Shown one piece after another: positions 38,482 to 47,219 of a stretch of DNA of 64,000 nt. Under the pieces are notes generated by a model that saw nothing but the letters and a program-made list of their open reading frames with translations, searched no databases and was not told the origin of the DNA. Made by a program: the position numbers and the translations under genes. This stretch comes from Chitinophagaceae bacterium (lineage in GTDB: Bacteria; Bacteroidota; Bacteroidia; Chitinophagales; Chitinophagaceae). Within the stretch, counting starts at the first letter, position 1. Each line of letters opens with the position of its first letter. Location of the stretch: contig PSMG01000005.1 of NCBI GenBank assembly GCA_040290035.1, positions 17,727 to 81,726 of the forward strand, in the 5' to 3' direction.

Positions 38482-41331
38482 TTAGAATGCTTTTTTATCA
38501 ATCGGCTTACCGTCGGCATCCAGTTCAACAACAGGATAACCTAACTTTTTTACGCCTTCGATGATCTTAGCTTTATCACCTACTAACAAGATATTCATTT
38601 TGTCAGGACGAACATATTTTTGAACAACCTGTGTCAATTGTTCTTTAGTCATGCTCTGCAAAATTTTAGCTTGTGCTTCTACATAATTTGCAGGCAAGTT
38701 ATAATCTAAAATTCTGCGGATGAAAGCTGCTTTCTGCATATTGGTTTCATAGCGCAATGCATCTCTTTGACCAACAGCTTTTTTAATGAAGCTTAACTCA
38801 TCATCTTTCACACCTTCTTTAACAATCTCGTTGATGATCTTCATCGTTTCTGCCAATGCACTATCAGTAGCATTTACTTTGATACCAGAAGAGAATTGGA
38901 AATCCCCACTGTATTGGTCGCCGGAGAAAGAACTGCGGGCATCATACGTCCAACCATGACCTTCACGCAAGCTCAGGTTCAAACGGCTACTAAAGTCTCC
39001 TCCTAAAATAAAGTTGGCAAGATTTGCTTTAAAGTAATCGCCAGTTGCATCCCATTTCAAACCTGTAGCGTAACCAATACGGAATTCCGTTTGCGCACTT
39101 TTAGGTACATCTACCAAATACACTTGTGTTTTTGCAACAACTGGTGCTGGATTTACAGAAGGCAATGTAATCTTTTTCTTAGGTAATTTAGAAATAAAGC
39201 CCAATATAGCCAACGCATCTTCTTGTTTGATATCACCTACTATTACCACTTTTGCATCCTGTGATGTCATGTAGTTATTGTAATAACCTTGGATATCATC
39301 CAATGTAATATTCTTTACAGTTTCTTCAGTACCATTTTCATCAATGCCCAAGATGTTATTTGGACCATAATTTACTTTAGCAAAAACATTACTGGCAATA
39401 GTTGCAGGCTGTGATTTAGCTAATTTGAAGCTTTCTAAGGCTTGCTTTTTTTGACGGTCAAATGCATCTTGTGTGAACTTAGGATTCAGCATACGCTCTT
39501 GCAACAATATGATGGCTTTATCTAAGTTCTTCTTCAATGTATTCAATGTAAATGTTACACCGTCAATGCCGCTGGATACATTGATAGAAGCACCTAACTT
39601 CTGCAGCTCTTGTGTCATTTTTTCTGCAGTATAGCTCTTGGTGTCTTCAGTCATCATATCAGCGAAGAAACCAGCCAAGCCTGCTTTAGACAAATTGTTG
39701 GCTTGTGCCAAATGACCACCAGGAATAGTTATGGACATAGTAACCGTAGGCACTTCGTTGGTTTCAGAACCAATCACCTTTGCACCGTTCGGTAAATCTT
39801 TTCTCCAGAATTTAGGAACCTTCACAATTGGGTTAGGACCTAACACAGGTATTTTGGTACGGTCGAAATTATCTTTTGCCTTTACATATTTTAAACCTGC
39901 ATAACCATAATTAGGCGCAGTGTAATGTGTAGAGTCAATAGTATAATTGTCGGCAGCAGCTACTAAGTTTTCCTGGCCTTTAGGCAATACGCTTAACACC
40001 ACTGAATATTTTCCTCTGATGTATTTATTGTAAGCTGCTATCACATCTTCTTTAGTTAAAGAAGAATAGCTCTTCAACAAATCAGCAATTTTGTTTGGAT
40101 TACCAGTGAATGTTTGGAAGGCAGCTAATTGCACACCTTTACCTTGAACACTCTGTAAGCCATTGATCAATTGTGATTCTTTACTGCCTTTGAATTTAGC
40201 AATGTCGTCATCGCTTATACCTTTAGCTTCGAATGAATCTAAAGAAGCACGGACTAACTTTTCCATATCACTCAATGTCTTGCCAGGAGTTGGCACTACA
40301 ATGATACTAAACTCACCTGCCAATTCATTTAACCGGCTGAATGAAGAAGCTTGTATAGCCAATTGCTTTTTTACTATATTCTGATACAATGCGGAATTCT
40401 TTCCTTGGCCGATAAATTGAGCCAATGCTTCTAAAGCAGCCATATCCTTATGATAATTGGGAACAGTAGGATAAGTAATACGTAACAAAGGAAGACGTGC
40501 ATAGTTATCAGTATAAGAAGCATAACGGGTTTTATCCAACACTACAGGTGGATAAGAAACCGGAGCCACTTCTGGACCACGAGCTATAGAGCCGAAATAT
40601 TTTTCTGCCAGCTTTACCGCGTTCGCAGGTGTTACATCACCTACAATAGTTAGCGTAGCATTGTTTGGTCCGTACCAACGTAAGAAGAAGTTTTTCAAGT
40701 CGTTTACATCACTACGATTCAAATCTTCCAGGTATCCAATTACAGGCCATGAATAAGGATGTCCATAAGGATACAATACCTGCCCATTCAATTGTCCTAA
40801 TAAACCATAGGGAACATTGTCAATGCGCTGTCCTCTTTCGTTCTTTACAGTAGAGCGTTGGATCTCAAATTTCTTTTGAGAAACAGCGTCTAACAAAAAG
40901 CCCATACGGTCACTTTCTGCCCACAAGAATTTTTCTAATTGATTGCTTGGAACTGTTTCAAAATAATTCGTACGATCTTCAGTTGTGCTACCATTCATCG
41001 TACCACCGGCCTCAGTTACCATCTTGATGTGCTGACCATCTGCAATGTGGTCACTGCCCTGGAACATCATGTGCTCAAAAAAGTGTGCAAAGCCAGACTT
41101 TCCAATCTGCTCACGGGAGGAACCTACGTGGTAAGTCACATCCACATATACAATCGGATCGCTGTGGTCTTCTGACACGATCACCGTTAAGCCGTTTGGC
41201 AAAACATATTTCTCATAAGGAATAACGATTTCGTTACCAGTTTTGGTAACCTTTTCAACCAGCTTGGCTTGCCCAAAAGAACACAAGGCAAGGAACAGAG
41301 ACGAAGCCAGCACCAGCATTTTTTGTTTCAT
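38482..41331 (-). CDS. M16 family zinc protease (PqqL-like, two-lobed)
   Basis: Signal peptide from MKQKM (41331); HFFEHMMF inverzincin motif; LREGHGWTY in the second lobe. Confidence 0.95.
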   Translation of the reverse strand: MKQKMLVLASSLFLALCSFGQAKLVEKVTKTGNEIVIPYEKYVLPNGLTVIVSEDHSDPIVYVDVTYHVGSSREQIGKSGFAHFFEHMMFQGSDHIADGQHIKMVTEAGGTMNGSTTEDRTNYFETVPSNQLEKFLWAESDRMGFLLDAVSQKKFEIQRSTVKNERGQRIDNVPYGLLGQLNGQVLYPYGHPYSWPVIGYLEDLNRSDVNDLKNFFLRWYGPNNATLTIVGDVTPANAVKLAEKYFGSIARGPEVAPVSYPPVVLDKTRYASYTDNYARLPLLRITYPTVPNYHKDMAALEALAQFIGQGKNSALYQNIVKKQLAIQASSFSRLNELAGEFSIIVVPTPGKTLSDMEKLVRASLDSFEAKGISDDDIAKFKGSKESQLINGLQSVQGKGVQLAAFQTFTGNPNKIADLLKSYSSLTKEDVIAAYNKYIRGKYSVVLSVLPKGQENLVAAADNYTIDSTHYTAPNYGYAGLKYVKAKDNFDRTKIPVLGPNPIVKVPKFWRKDLPNGAKVIGSETNEVPTVTMSITIPGGHLAQANNLSKAGLAGFFADMMTEDTKSYTAEKMTQELQKLGASINVSSGIDGVTFTLNTLKKNLDKAIILLQERMLNPKFTQDAFDRQKKQALESFKLAKSQPATIASNVFAKVNYGPNNILGIDENGTEETVKNITLDDIQGYYNNYMTSQDAKVVIVGDIKQEDALAILGFISKLPKKKITLPSVNPAPVVAKTQVYLVDVPKSAQTEFRIGYATGLKWDATGDYFKANLANFILGGDFSSRLNLSLREGHGWTYDARSSFSGDQYSGDFQFSSGIKVNATDSALAETMKIINEIVKEGVKDDELSFIKKAVGQRDALRYETNMQKAAFIRRILDYNLPANYVEAQAKILQSMTKEQLTQVVQKYVRPDKMNILLVGDKAKIIEGVKKLGYPVVELDADGKPIDKKAF

Positions 41332-41469
41332 AGATAATTTCTTGAAGTTAATTTTAGAGAGGTGACAAAATAAGGCAAAACTTTCTGTTTTCAACCACCG
41401 CTCATCATTTTCTTTTAAAGATGAAAACCTAAGCCCCGCCGATGTCTTACCTTAGAAAAAATTTTTTGT

Positions 41470-42286
41470 ATGAGCCAGTTTTAGCCACGAAATAGACTAT
41501 AAAATTTTAGGAGAAGAAATGCAATGCGTAGAGATAGAATTAGATCCAACAGAAACCGCCATTGCAGAAAGCGGTGCTTTTATGATGATGGACGACGGCA
41601 TTGAAATGCAAACCATTTTTGGCGATGGTTCGGGGCAAGATAAAGGATTGCTGGGTAAATTGTTTAGTGCCGGTAAACGAGTGCTCACTGGCGAAAGCCT
41701 GTTTATGACAGCTTTTACCAATGCAGGCTCTGGCAAGAAGCGCATTTCTTTTGCCGCACCTTATTCCGGAAAGATCATTGCTTTGGATTTAGCCAAATTG
41801 GGCGGTAAAATGATTTGCCAGAAAGATGCTTTTCTCTGCGCAGCAAAAGGAGTATTAGTAGGAATTGAATTTCAACGCAAGTTAGGAACGGGTTTGTTTG
41901 GAGGCGAGGGCTTTATTATGCAAAAGCTCGAAGGTGATGGATTGGCCTTTGTGCATAGTGGCGGTTATGTGGTAGAAAGAGAATTGCTACACGGCGAATT
42001 ATTGAAAATTGATACAGGTTGTATTGTTGCTTTTACGCCTTCCTGTGATTACGATATCCAGTTTGTAAGAGGCATCAAGAACGCCATTTTTGGCGGCGAA
42101 GGATTATTCTTTGCTACACTAAGAGGGCCCGGAAAAGTATGGATACAATCATTGCCGATTAGCCGCCTAGCAAGCAGGGTTTTACAATATGCTTCGGGCA
42201 CACGCAAAGAGGAAGGAAGTGTGTTAGGCGGATTGGGTAATATTTTGGATGGAGATGGATGGCAAGCGCCTTTAGCTTCTTATTAA
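41470..42286 (+). CDS. TIGR00266/AIM24 family protein (1-nt frameshift near the 5' end)
   Basis: Removing one T from 41479-41482 gives [21 protein letters not shown]; [34 protein letters not shown]. Confidence 0.88.
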
Positions 42287-42316
42287 TTATAAGGCACCGG
42301 CAATTATCTGGTGCCT

Positions 42317-42898
42317 TTATTTTTTGATGATTACCGGGGTGCCAATTGGAATATAACTGTACAGGTCTTCAACATCTGCCCGCTTTAGCGAAATACAACC
42401 ATCCGTCCAGTTTTTATAACGATCAATAACAAAGTCTTCATGTGGCCAGGTACCATGAATACCTACGCCGGCGCCAGGCGTTGCCCATGCAGGAATTTCT
42501 CCTCTGCGCTTGCGTTCCTGAAACCTGGCTATACTTTCCGGGGTTGGATAATCTAAACCCATATAACGATCCCACTTATCGTGTACCCGTTTGTTGACAA
42601 TTCGAAAGGTTCCTTCAGGTGTGTTTTTATCACCCTCCATTCTTTTATCGGCCAGGGAGCTGTTACCAAAAACAACAGGATAAGTAGCATACCAACCTTT
42701 AGTATCATAAACACTTAGCTCATATTTCTGCTTTTCAATAACAATACGCAACGGAGGGATGGGCATCGATAAAAGTTTGTGCGCCGTATTTGCAGTATAG
42801 GCAGGCAATGCAGTAGTTTTTGTGGTAGTGCTATTATGAAATTTAGCAACAAGACTGCCTCCTACCAGCATACAAGAAAGTATGATTGTTGTTTTCAT
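42317..42898 (-). CDS. L,D-transpeptidase (YkuD) family protein
   Basis: EGDKNTPEG, GIHGT...WTDGCISL catalytic His/Cys. Confidence 0.9.
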   Translation of the reverse strand: MKTTIILSCMLVGGSLVAKFHNSTTTKTTALPAYTANTAHKLLSMPIPPLRIVIEKQKYELSVYDTKGWYATYPVVFGNSSLADKRMEGDKNTPEGTFRIVNKRVHDKWDRYMGLDYPTPESIARFQERKRRGEIPAWATPGAGVGIHGTWPHEDFVIDRYKNWTDGCISLKRADVEDLYSYIPIGTPVIIKK

Positions 42899-43138
42899 GT
42901 GCACATCAATTTGTGTTTTTCAATTACCATATAAAATTTACTTTAAAAAAATCGTTGCTAAGTGGTAAAATTGCCCGATCATTTTTAAAGTTCATTTCAT
43001 AATATGGATAGAGTTTTAAAACCATTCTTTTCCCAAAAATATTTTTGTTGAGGAAATATTTAACGGAATTTTTTTACAACAAGAAAAAATCCTGCCGAAA
43101 CCGGCAGGATGATCTGTGTATGACTATTCAAAAAATTA

Positions 43139-43957
43139 TTACCAACTGCTTAAGCGAATACCAAATGTATATGGAGTTTGATCTAATCCTTTTTCCCACA
43201 TGCTTTTGGTAGCATATGAACCATAGAAGCGTATAACTCCCAAACTTAGTTCACCAATGTATGAAACTTTCCAACGGTTGAGATCAAAGTCATCATGTTC
43301 TTTTTCTTTCTTACCATCGTTGTATTTAAATTTCTGACGAGCAGAATATAGATAGCCAACGCTTGCACCTGCGCTGAACCCAAAGCCTCTTTTACGATTT
43401 GGAGTGAAGTTGAAGTTAAGCATAGCAGGAACGGTGAGGTAGTCGGCTGCCAGTTTGTTTTTCTTTAGCTTATCAGTAAGAAAAGGATTAATGGTTACCA
43501 TTGTAGGGTTCTTGCTGAAATCTACCTGTGTATTGGAGAAATGGTAATTATTCAGTTCTAAACCCAAACCATATTTTAAGTTCACTACATGCTTTGCCAC
43601 GTTTAGCTTCTGCATGAAGAACCAAAGGTTTACGTTCACTGATTTACCGGCACGTAGTTTTAATGCATCGCTATTATTGATACCAGGAGCAAAAGCCTGT
43701 GCACCAGCGCTTGCATAATTAGTATTATCATTATAGTTGGTGAAGCCAATATCAATAATACCCCAGTTGGTACTTATGTTTGATTTAGGCCGTTTGCTTT
43801 CGTTAGAGATAATTGTTTTCTTATTAGCATCTCTACTGCGCATGATGGTAATGCCGCCTACTTTAATAGTGTCTACTTTTTCAGTAGCTGTTGAATCTTG
43901 TGCGGTGGAAGCAAAACCAAGACTTAATGCAATCGCTGCAAGTACAATTCTTTTCAT
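43139..43957 (-). CDS. Outer membrane beta-barrel protein
   Basis: Signal peptide, alternating beta-strand pattern, C-terminal ..FGIRLSSW; terminator at 43085-43110. Confidence 0.8.
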   Translation of the reverse strand: MKRIVLAAIALSLGFASTAQDSTATEKVDTIKVGGITIMRSRDANKKTIISNESKRPKSNISTNWGIIDIGFTNYNDNTNYASAGAQAFAPGINNSDALKLRAGKSVNVNLWFFMQKLNVAKHVVNLKYGLGLELNNYHFSNTQVDFSKNPTMVTINPFLTDKLKKNKLAADYLTVPAMLNFNFTPNRKRGFGFSAGASVGYLYSARQKFKYNDGKKEKEHDDFDLNRWKVSYIGELSLGVIRFYGSYATKSMWEKGLDQTPYTFGIRLSSW

Positions 43958-43977
43958 AATTCGGTTTTTAAATGTAA

Positions 43978-45051
43978 TTAATCCAGTTTAACAGCAACAG
44001 AAGCTATCAGCACTTCATTGTTCTCATTGGTGGTAGGAATACCCGTTGTACGTTCTATAAAGCGGGTGGCTTTTCGTAACAAACCTTTGAATGGTGATCC
44101 GCTACTGTTGTTGCTTTCTTCCGTAACAGGTTCTTTGTATGTAGTACGCACTACAGATGGAGATGTTACAAGCGAAGTGTTAAGGATATGTTCAGATGTT
44201 TTAGGAATAGTATTGTTGACAGTTACGGCATCAACCGTTGTTGTTCTTTGCACAGGTATATTGTTGGCTATTTCAGCAGGAGTAACTGCTGCAATTGCAT
44301 TATTAGTAGTTGTGTGCTCACCTATCTTATTAGTTACATTATTCTTTGCACTATTATCAGAAGCAATAACTATATGGTGAGTAGCAGGGCCAGTGTCTTT
44401 TACAGCAACTAGTGTTTGTTCTACTGGTGTTGTACTTGTAGTATTAGTAGTATTAGTGGTGCTGGTAATACTTGTTGTATTCTCTTCAACAACTTTTGCA
44501 GGTTCGATAGGATTAGCATTCGCTACATTGATAACAGGCCTATCACCGTTTTGTGCAGAATGCGTCCAGAACCAGGCACCAGCCAGCAGAATGAGTATGG
44601 CAGCTGCTATTTGCAACCATTCGTATCTCTTCTTTATGTGATGGTATAGTTCTTCTTTATTGGGGTAAGCGATGACCTCGTTCTTGTCTAATTTGGTTTT
44701 TAGTAATAGCTGGTATTGTGCCTGCGTGATCTTATTCTCTTCGATCTGTGCAGCCAGTTTGCTTTTTTCATCAAAGCTTAATTCATCATCAATATATAGC
44801 AATAAGGATTCGTCGATGCTGTTCAGGCTCATGCGCTCTGCAAAAAGATCTTCTTTATTAATAGTGATCTCCTCTGTTGGCAATACCACACTTTGCAACA
44901 ATTCCAACTCTGCCTGCAAATCGGGGTGTAACGCAAGGAAGGCATCTACTGCAGCTTTTTGTTCTGGGCTTAATTCGTTGTCCACATACAATAACAAATA
45001 CTCTTCATAGTTGCTGTGGGTAATATTGATATGGTTTGAATTAGATGACAT
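43978..45051 (-). CDS. Membrane-anchored anti-sigma factor
   Basis: Two repeats of LLLY[VI]D[ND]ELS, one TM, a Thr-rich periplasmic tail; overlaps the ECF sigma stop. Confidence 0.75.
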   Translation of the reverse strand: MSSNSNHINITHSNYEEYLLLYVDNELSPEQKAAVDAFLALHPDLQAELELLQSVVLPTEEITINKEDLFAERMSLNSIDESLLLYIDDELSFDEKSKLAAQIEENKITQAQYQLLLKTKLDKNEVIAYPNKEELYHHIKKRYEWLQIAAAILILLAGAWFWTHSAQNGDRPVINVANANPIEPAKVVEENTTSITSTTNTTNTTSTTPVEQTLVAVKDTGPATHHIVIASDNSAKNNVTNKIGEHTTTNNAIAAVTPAEIANNIPVQRTTTVDAVTVNNTIPKTSEHILNTSLVTSPSVVRTTYKEPVTEESNNSSGSPFKGLLRKATRFIERTTGIPTTNENNEVLIASVAVKLD

Positions 45052-45526
45052 TTTCAATTGTTACTAGGTAATCTTTTAATTGTAACCGGGCACGATGCAG
45101 GTACACTTTCACCTGGCTTTCGCTCAGGTTCGTGATCTTTCCTATTTCTTCGTAGCTATAGCCCTCGTAGTCTTTCAACATCACCAGGGAACGCTGCGTT
45201 TCGCTTAGCCGGGCCAATGCCTGTTGTAAGACCTCTTTGGTATTGTTGATTGGTTTATGCTGAATTCTTGTCTCTTCGTTGAACTCCTCCTTTAAATACA
45301 CCCGCTTTACCTTGCGCAGGTGATCGATCATTTGGTGATAAGCCACTGTGAAGAGATAAGACTTGCTTTTGGCATAATCCACTTCTTCCCTGGCCCGCCA
45401 CAGGTTTTCGAAGGCGCTTTGCACCACATCACGTGCATCCTCTTCGTGCCGGAGGTTTTTGACAATGAAGCGGAACACACCGTCGGCATGCTCAGAAACA
45501 CAGTGATTATATTCTTTTTCGGTCAT
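45041..45526 (-). CDS. ECF RNA polymerase sigma factor
   Basis: DARDVVQSAF, SYLFTVA, LKDYEGYSYEEIG, VKVYLHRAR. Confidence 0.95.
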   Translation of the reverse strand: MTEKEYNHCVSEHADGVFRFIVKNLRHEEDARDVVQSAFENLWRAREEVDYAKSKSYLFTVAYHQMIDHLRKVKRVYLKEEFNEETRIQHKPINNTKEVLQQALARLSETQRSLVMLKDYEGYSYEEIGKITNLSESQVKVYLHRARLQLKDYLVTIENVI

Positions 45527-45560
45527 AAACAGTGGTGAAAAAAGTCGTTTGAACACCTAT

Positions 45561-45588
45561 AATACGATGCACCCGAACTAATGTTACA
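45561..45588 (-). promoter_or_regulatory. ECF-type promoter upstream of the sigma gene
   Basis: TGTAAC-N16-CGTATT on the minus strand. Confidence 0.55.
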
Positions 45589-45606
45589 GCAAAGGAAAAC
45601 TTTTTT

Positions 45607-45816
45607 CTAGCGAAACAGTACCGCTGATACAAAATGCTTGGAGATAGCCTCCCAAGGCATATCTGCTGCTTTTTGCTCCATTTTGCGGCAACAGGTTTTG
45701 TTGAGATGCTGGTAGGTTGCGGCTGCTTTGGTATAAGAAACAAACACACAGGAGAGTACGGCCACGGCTAAAATACTGCAAATAAAGAGTATTTTGTTGG
45801 TTGAGAACTTGCTCAT
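45607..45816 (-). CDS. Small exported or membrane protein upstream of the ECF sigma
   Basis: N-terminal hydrophobic helix, TCCRK, MPWEAISKHFVS. Confidence 0.65.
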   Translation of the reverse strand: MSKFSTNKILFICSILAVAVLSCVFVSYTKAAATYQHLNKTCCRKMEQKAADMPWEAISKHFVSAVLFR

Positions 45817-45837
45817 GGCTGTTGGTTTGAATGGTTT

Positions 45838-45864
45838 GACGAAAATAATATCGCTTATGTTACA
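45838..45864 (-). promoter_or_regulatory. Second ECF-type promoter
   Basis: TGTAAC-N17-CGTC on the minus strand, upstream of the 69-aa gene. Confidence 0.55.
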
Positions 45865-45906
45865 GGATATTTAAACTTTTTTGATGCGGTAGTTTGCGGA
45901 GAGTGG

Positions 45907-45972
45907 TAGTTGGCAGATGATAGTTGGTAGATGACTGACTGGTGTCTCCCTAGTGCCAACCTGCTGTCATCC
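45907..45972. repeat. 14-bp tandem TAGTTGG[C/T]AGATGA x2 with a partial inverted arm
   Basis: Copies at 45907-45920 and 45921-45934; TGCCAAC...GTCATC downstream. Confidence 0.5.
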
Positions 45973-46226
45973 TTTTGTGAAACTGCTGGCATAGTGGGGT
46001 GAACTTAAGTATAAGTATAGTATAAGGGGTTGGTTAGTCCCTTAGATGATTTGGATATTTAGCTTTGTTCATAAAGCCATCCAAGTGCAACAAAAAAGTG
46101 AACAAGTTAGCTTTGATTTTCAATAGATACCGTACTTTAGATGTAACGATTTGTTCATATATTTATGTGTTGGTGGCAATGCTATTTTGGACACACCCGA
46201 ATAATTCAAAGAGCTATTTTTGACAA

Positions 46227-46985
46227 ATGATAAAAGATTTTCCAGGCGAACAATGGAAGACAGTTCGGTTCGATTTTGAATTTACTAATGACTTTCGTCT
46301 TGAAGTTTCCAATTTTGGACGACTTCGGACTTTTAATAAAGTTTCCAATGGCAACCTTATTAAAGGCTCGATGATTAACGGATACCGTATTGTTCGACTG
46401 AAGTTGTATAAGCCGAGAGATGAAAAAGTGCAAGCAAAACTTGACAACCTAAAGCAACAAGTTTTTAAATTGGCAAGGAAACTGAAGTCGCAACAAATTA
46501 ATGGTGAAAACAAGGAAATCATTCACGAAACAACTGCATTGCTGCACATATTTAAAAAGAAGGTGAGTAAAAAGTTTCAGCAAGACCTCAAAGAACGGAC
46601 AATAAATTATCATTCGCTAATTCACCGCCTCGTGGCTGACTATTTTCTTCCAAAACCAAAACCTAACCAAACCATTGTTGCGCATCTTGATTATGACAAA
46701 CTAAATAACAGAGCTGCTAACCTAAAGTGGATGACACCTGAAGAGAATTATGAGCATCAAAAAAGAAGTCCATATGTAATTAAGGACAAGCAACAACGAC
46801 AATTAAGACAACAGTCCAATCCTAACAGAGCAAAGCTGACCGTGACGAGAGTAATGCTATTAAAAAAATTACTTAATGAAGGCAAACCAATGAAACAACT
46901 CGTAAAGGTGTTCAAAGTGACAGATACGCAAATACTTAGAATAAAACGTGGTGAAAACTGGGCAAACGTACCAGCAAAAAGATAG
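46227..46985 (+). CDS. NUMOD4/HNH endonuclease-like protein with a coiled-coil insertion and C-terminal HTH
   Basis: EQWK..EVSNFGRLR (NUMOD4), IHRLVADYF, AHLDYDKLNNRAANLKWMTPEENYEH (HNH), QILRIKRGENW. Confidence 0.85.
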   Translation: MIKDFPGEQWKTVRFDFEFTNDFRLEVSNFGRLRTFNKVSNGNLIKGSMINGYRIVRLKLYKPRDEKVQAKLDNLKQQVFKLARKLKSQQINGENKEIIHETTALLHIFKKKVSKKFQQDLKERTINYHSLIHRLVADYFLPKPKPNQTIVAHLDYDKLNNRAANLKWMTPEENYEHQKRSPYVIKDKQQRQLRQQSNPNRAKLTVTRVMLLKKLLNEGKPMKQLVKVFKVTDTQILRIKRGENWANVPAKR

Positions 46986-47003
46986 AGACAGAAGTGATGC
47001 ACA

Positions 47004-47205
47004 TGCCACCAACAAGGGCTTTAGCGTTATTGGGGCAGCACGTTGGCAGTTTCGGCTGTAACTCGCTATCAGCTTCGGTTACGGCTTGACGTTATTAATT
47101 TAGCTTTAGTTCTCACCTTCAACTTTTAAATCATTTTTCGGCTTCAGTTGTGGGCTGATGTTTTTCAAATCCCCAACAACGCCAAGTCCTGTTCCGTTGG
47201 TGGCA
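47004..47205 (+). other. attC-like recombination site (~200 bp)
   Basis: R'' ..CCAAC (ends 47013) and R' GTTGGTG (47196-47202); inner arms match at 17 positions with one extra base and mismatches; ~135-nt variable loop. Confidence 0.65.
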
Positions 47206-47219
47206 ATGCTATTTCAGGG

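Larger units (their letters stand above)
46169..47214 (+). mobile_element. Integron-like gene cassette (HNH gene plus attC-like site) bounded by a 19-bp direct repeat
   Basis: GTTGGTGGCAATGCTATTT at 46169-46187 and 47196-47214; inverse core TGCCACCAAC at 47004-47013, 18 bp after the stop codon; paired arms 47015-47035/47171-47190. Confidence 0.7.

Noticed and set aside
46169-47214. 19-bp direct repeat as a transposon target-site duplication, or the HNH gene as part of a group I intron
   Set aside because: No transposase or terminal inverted repeats at the element ends, and no interrupted host gene on both sides. The internal inverse core right after the stop fits a cassette better. Kept only as a fallback.
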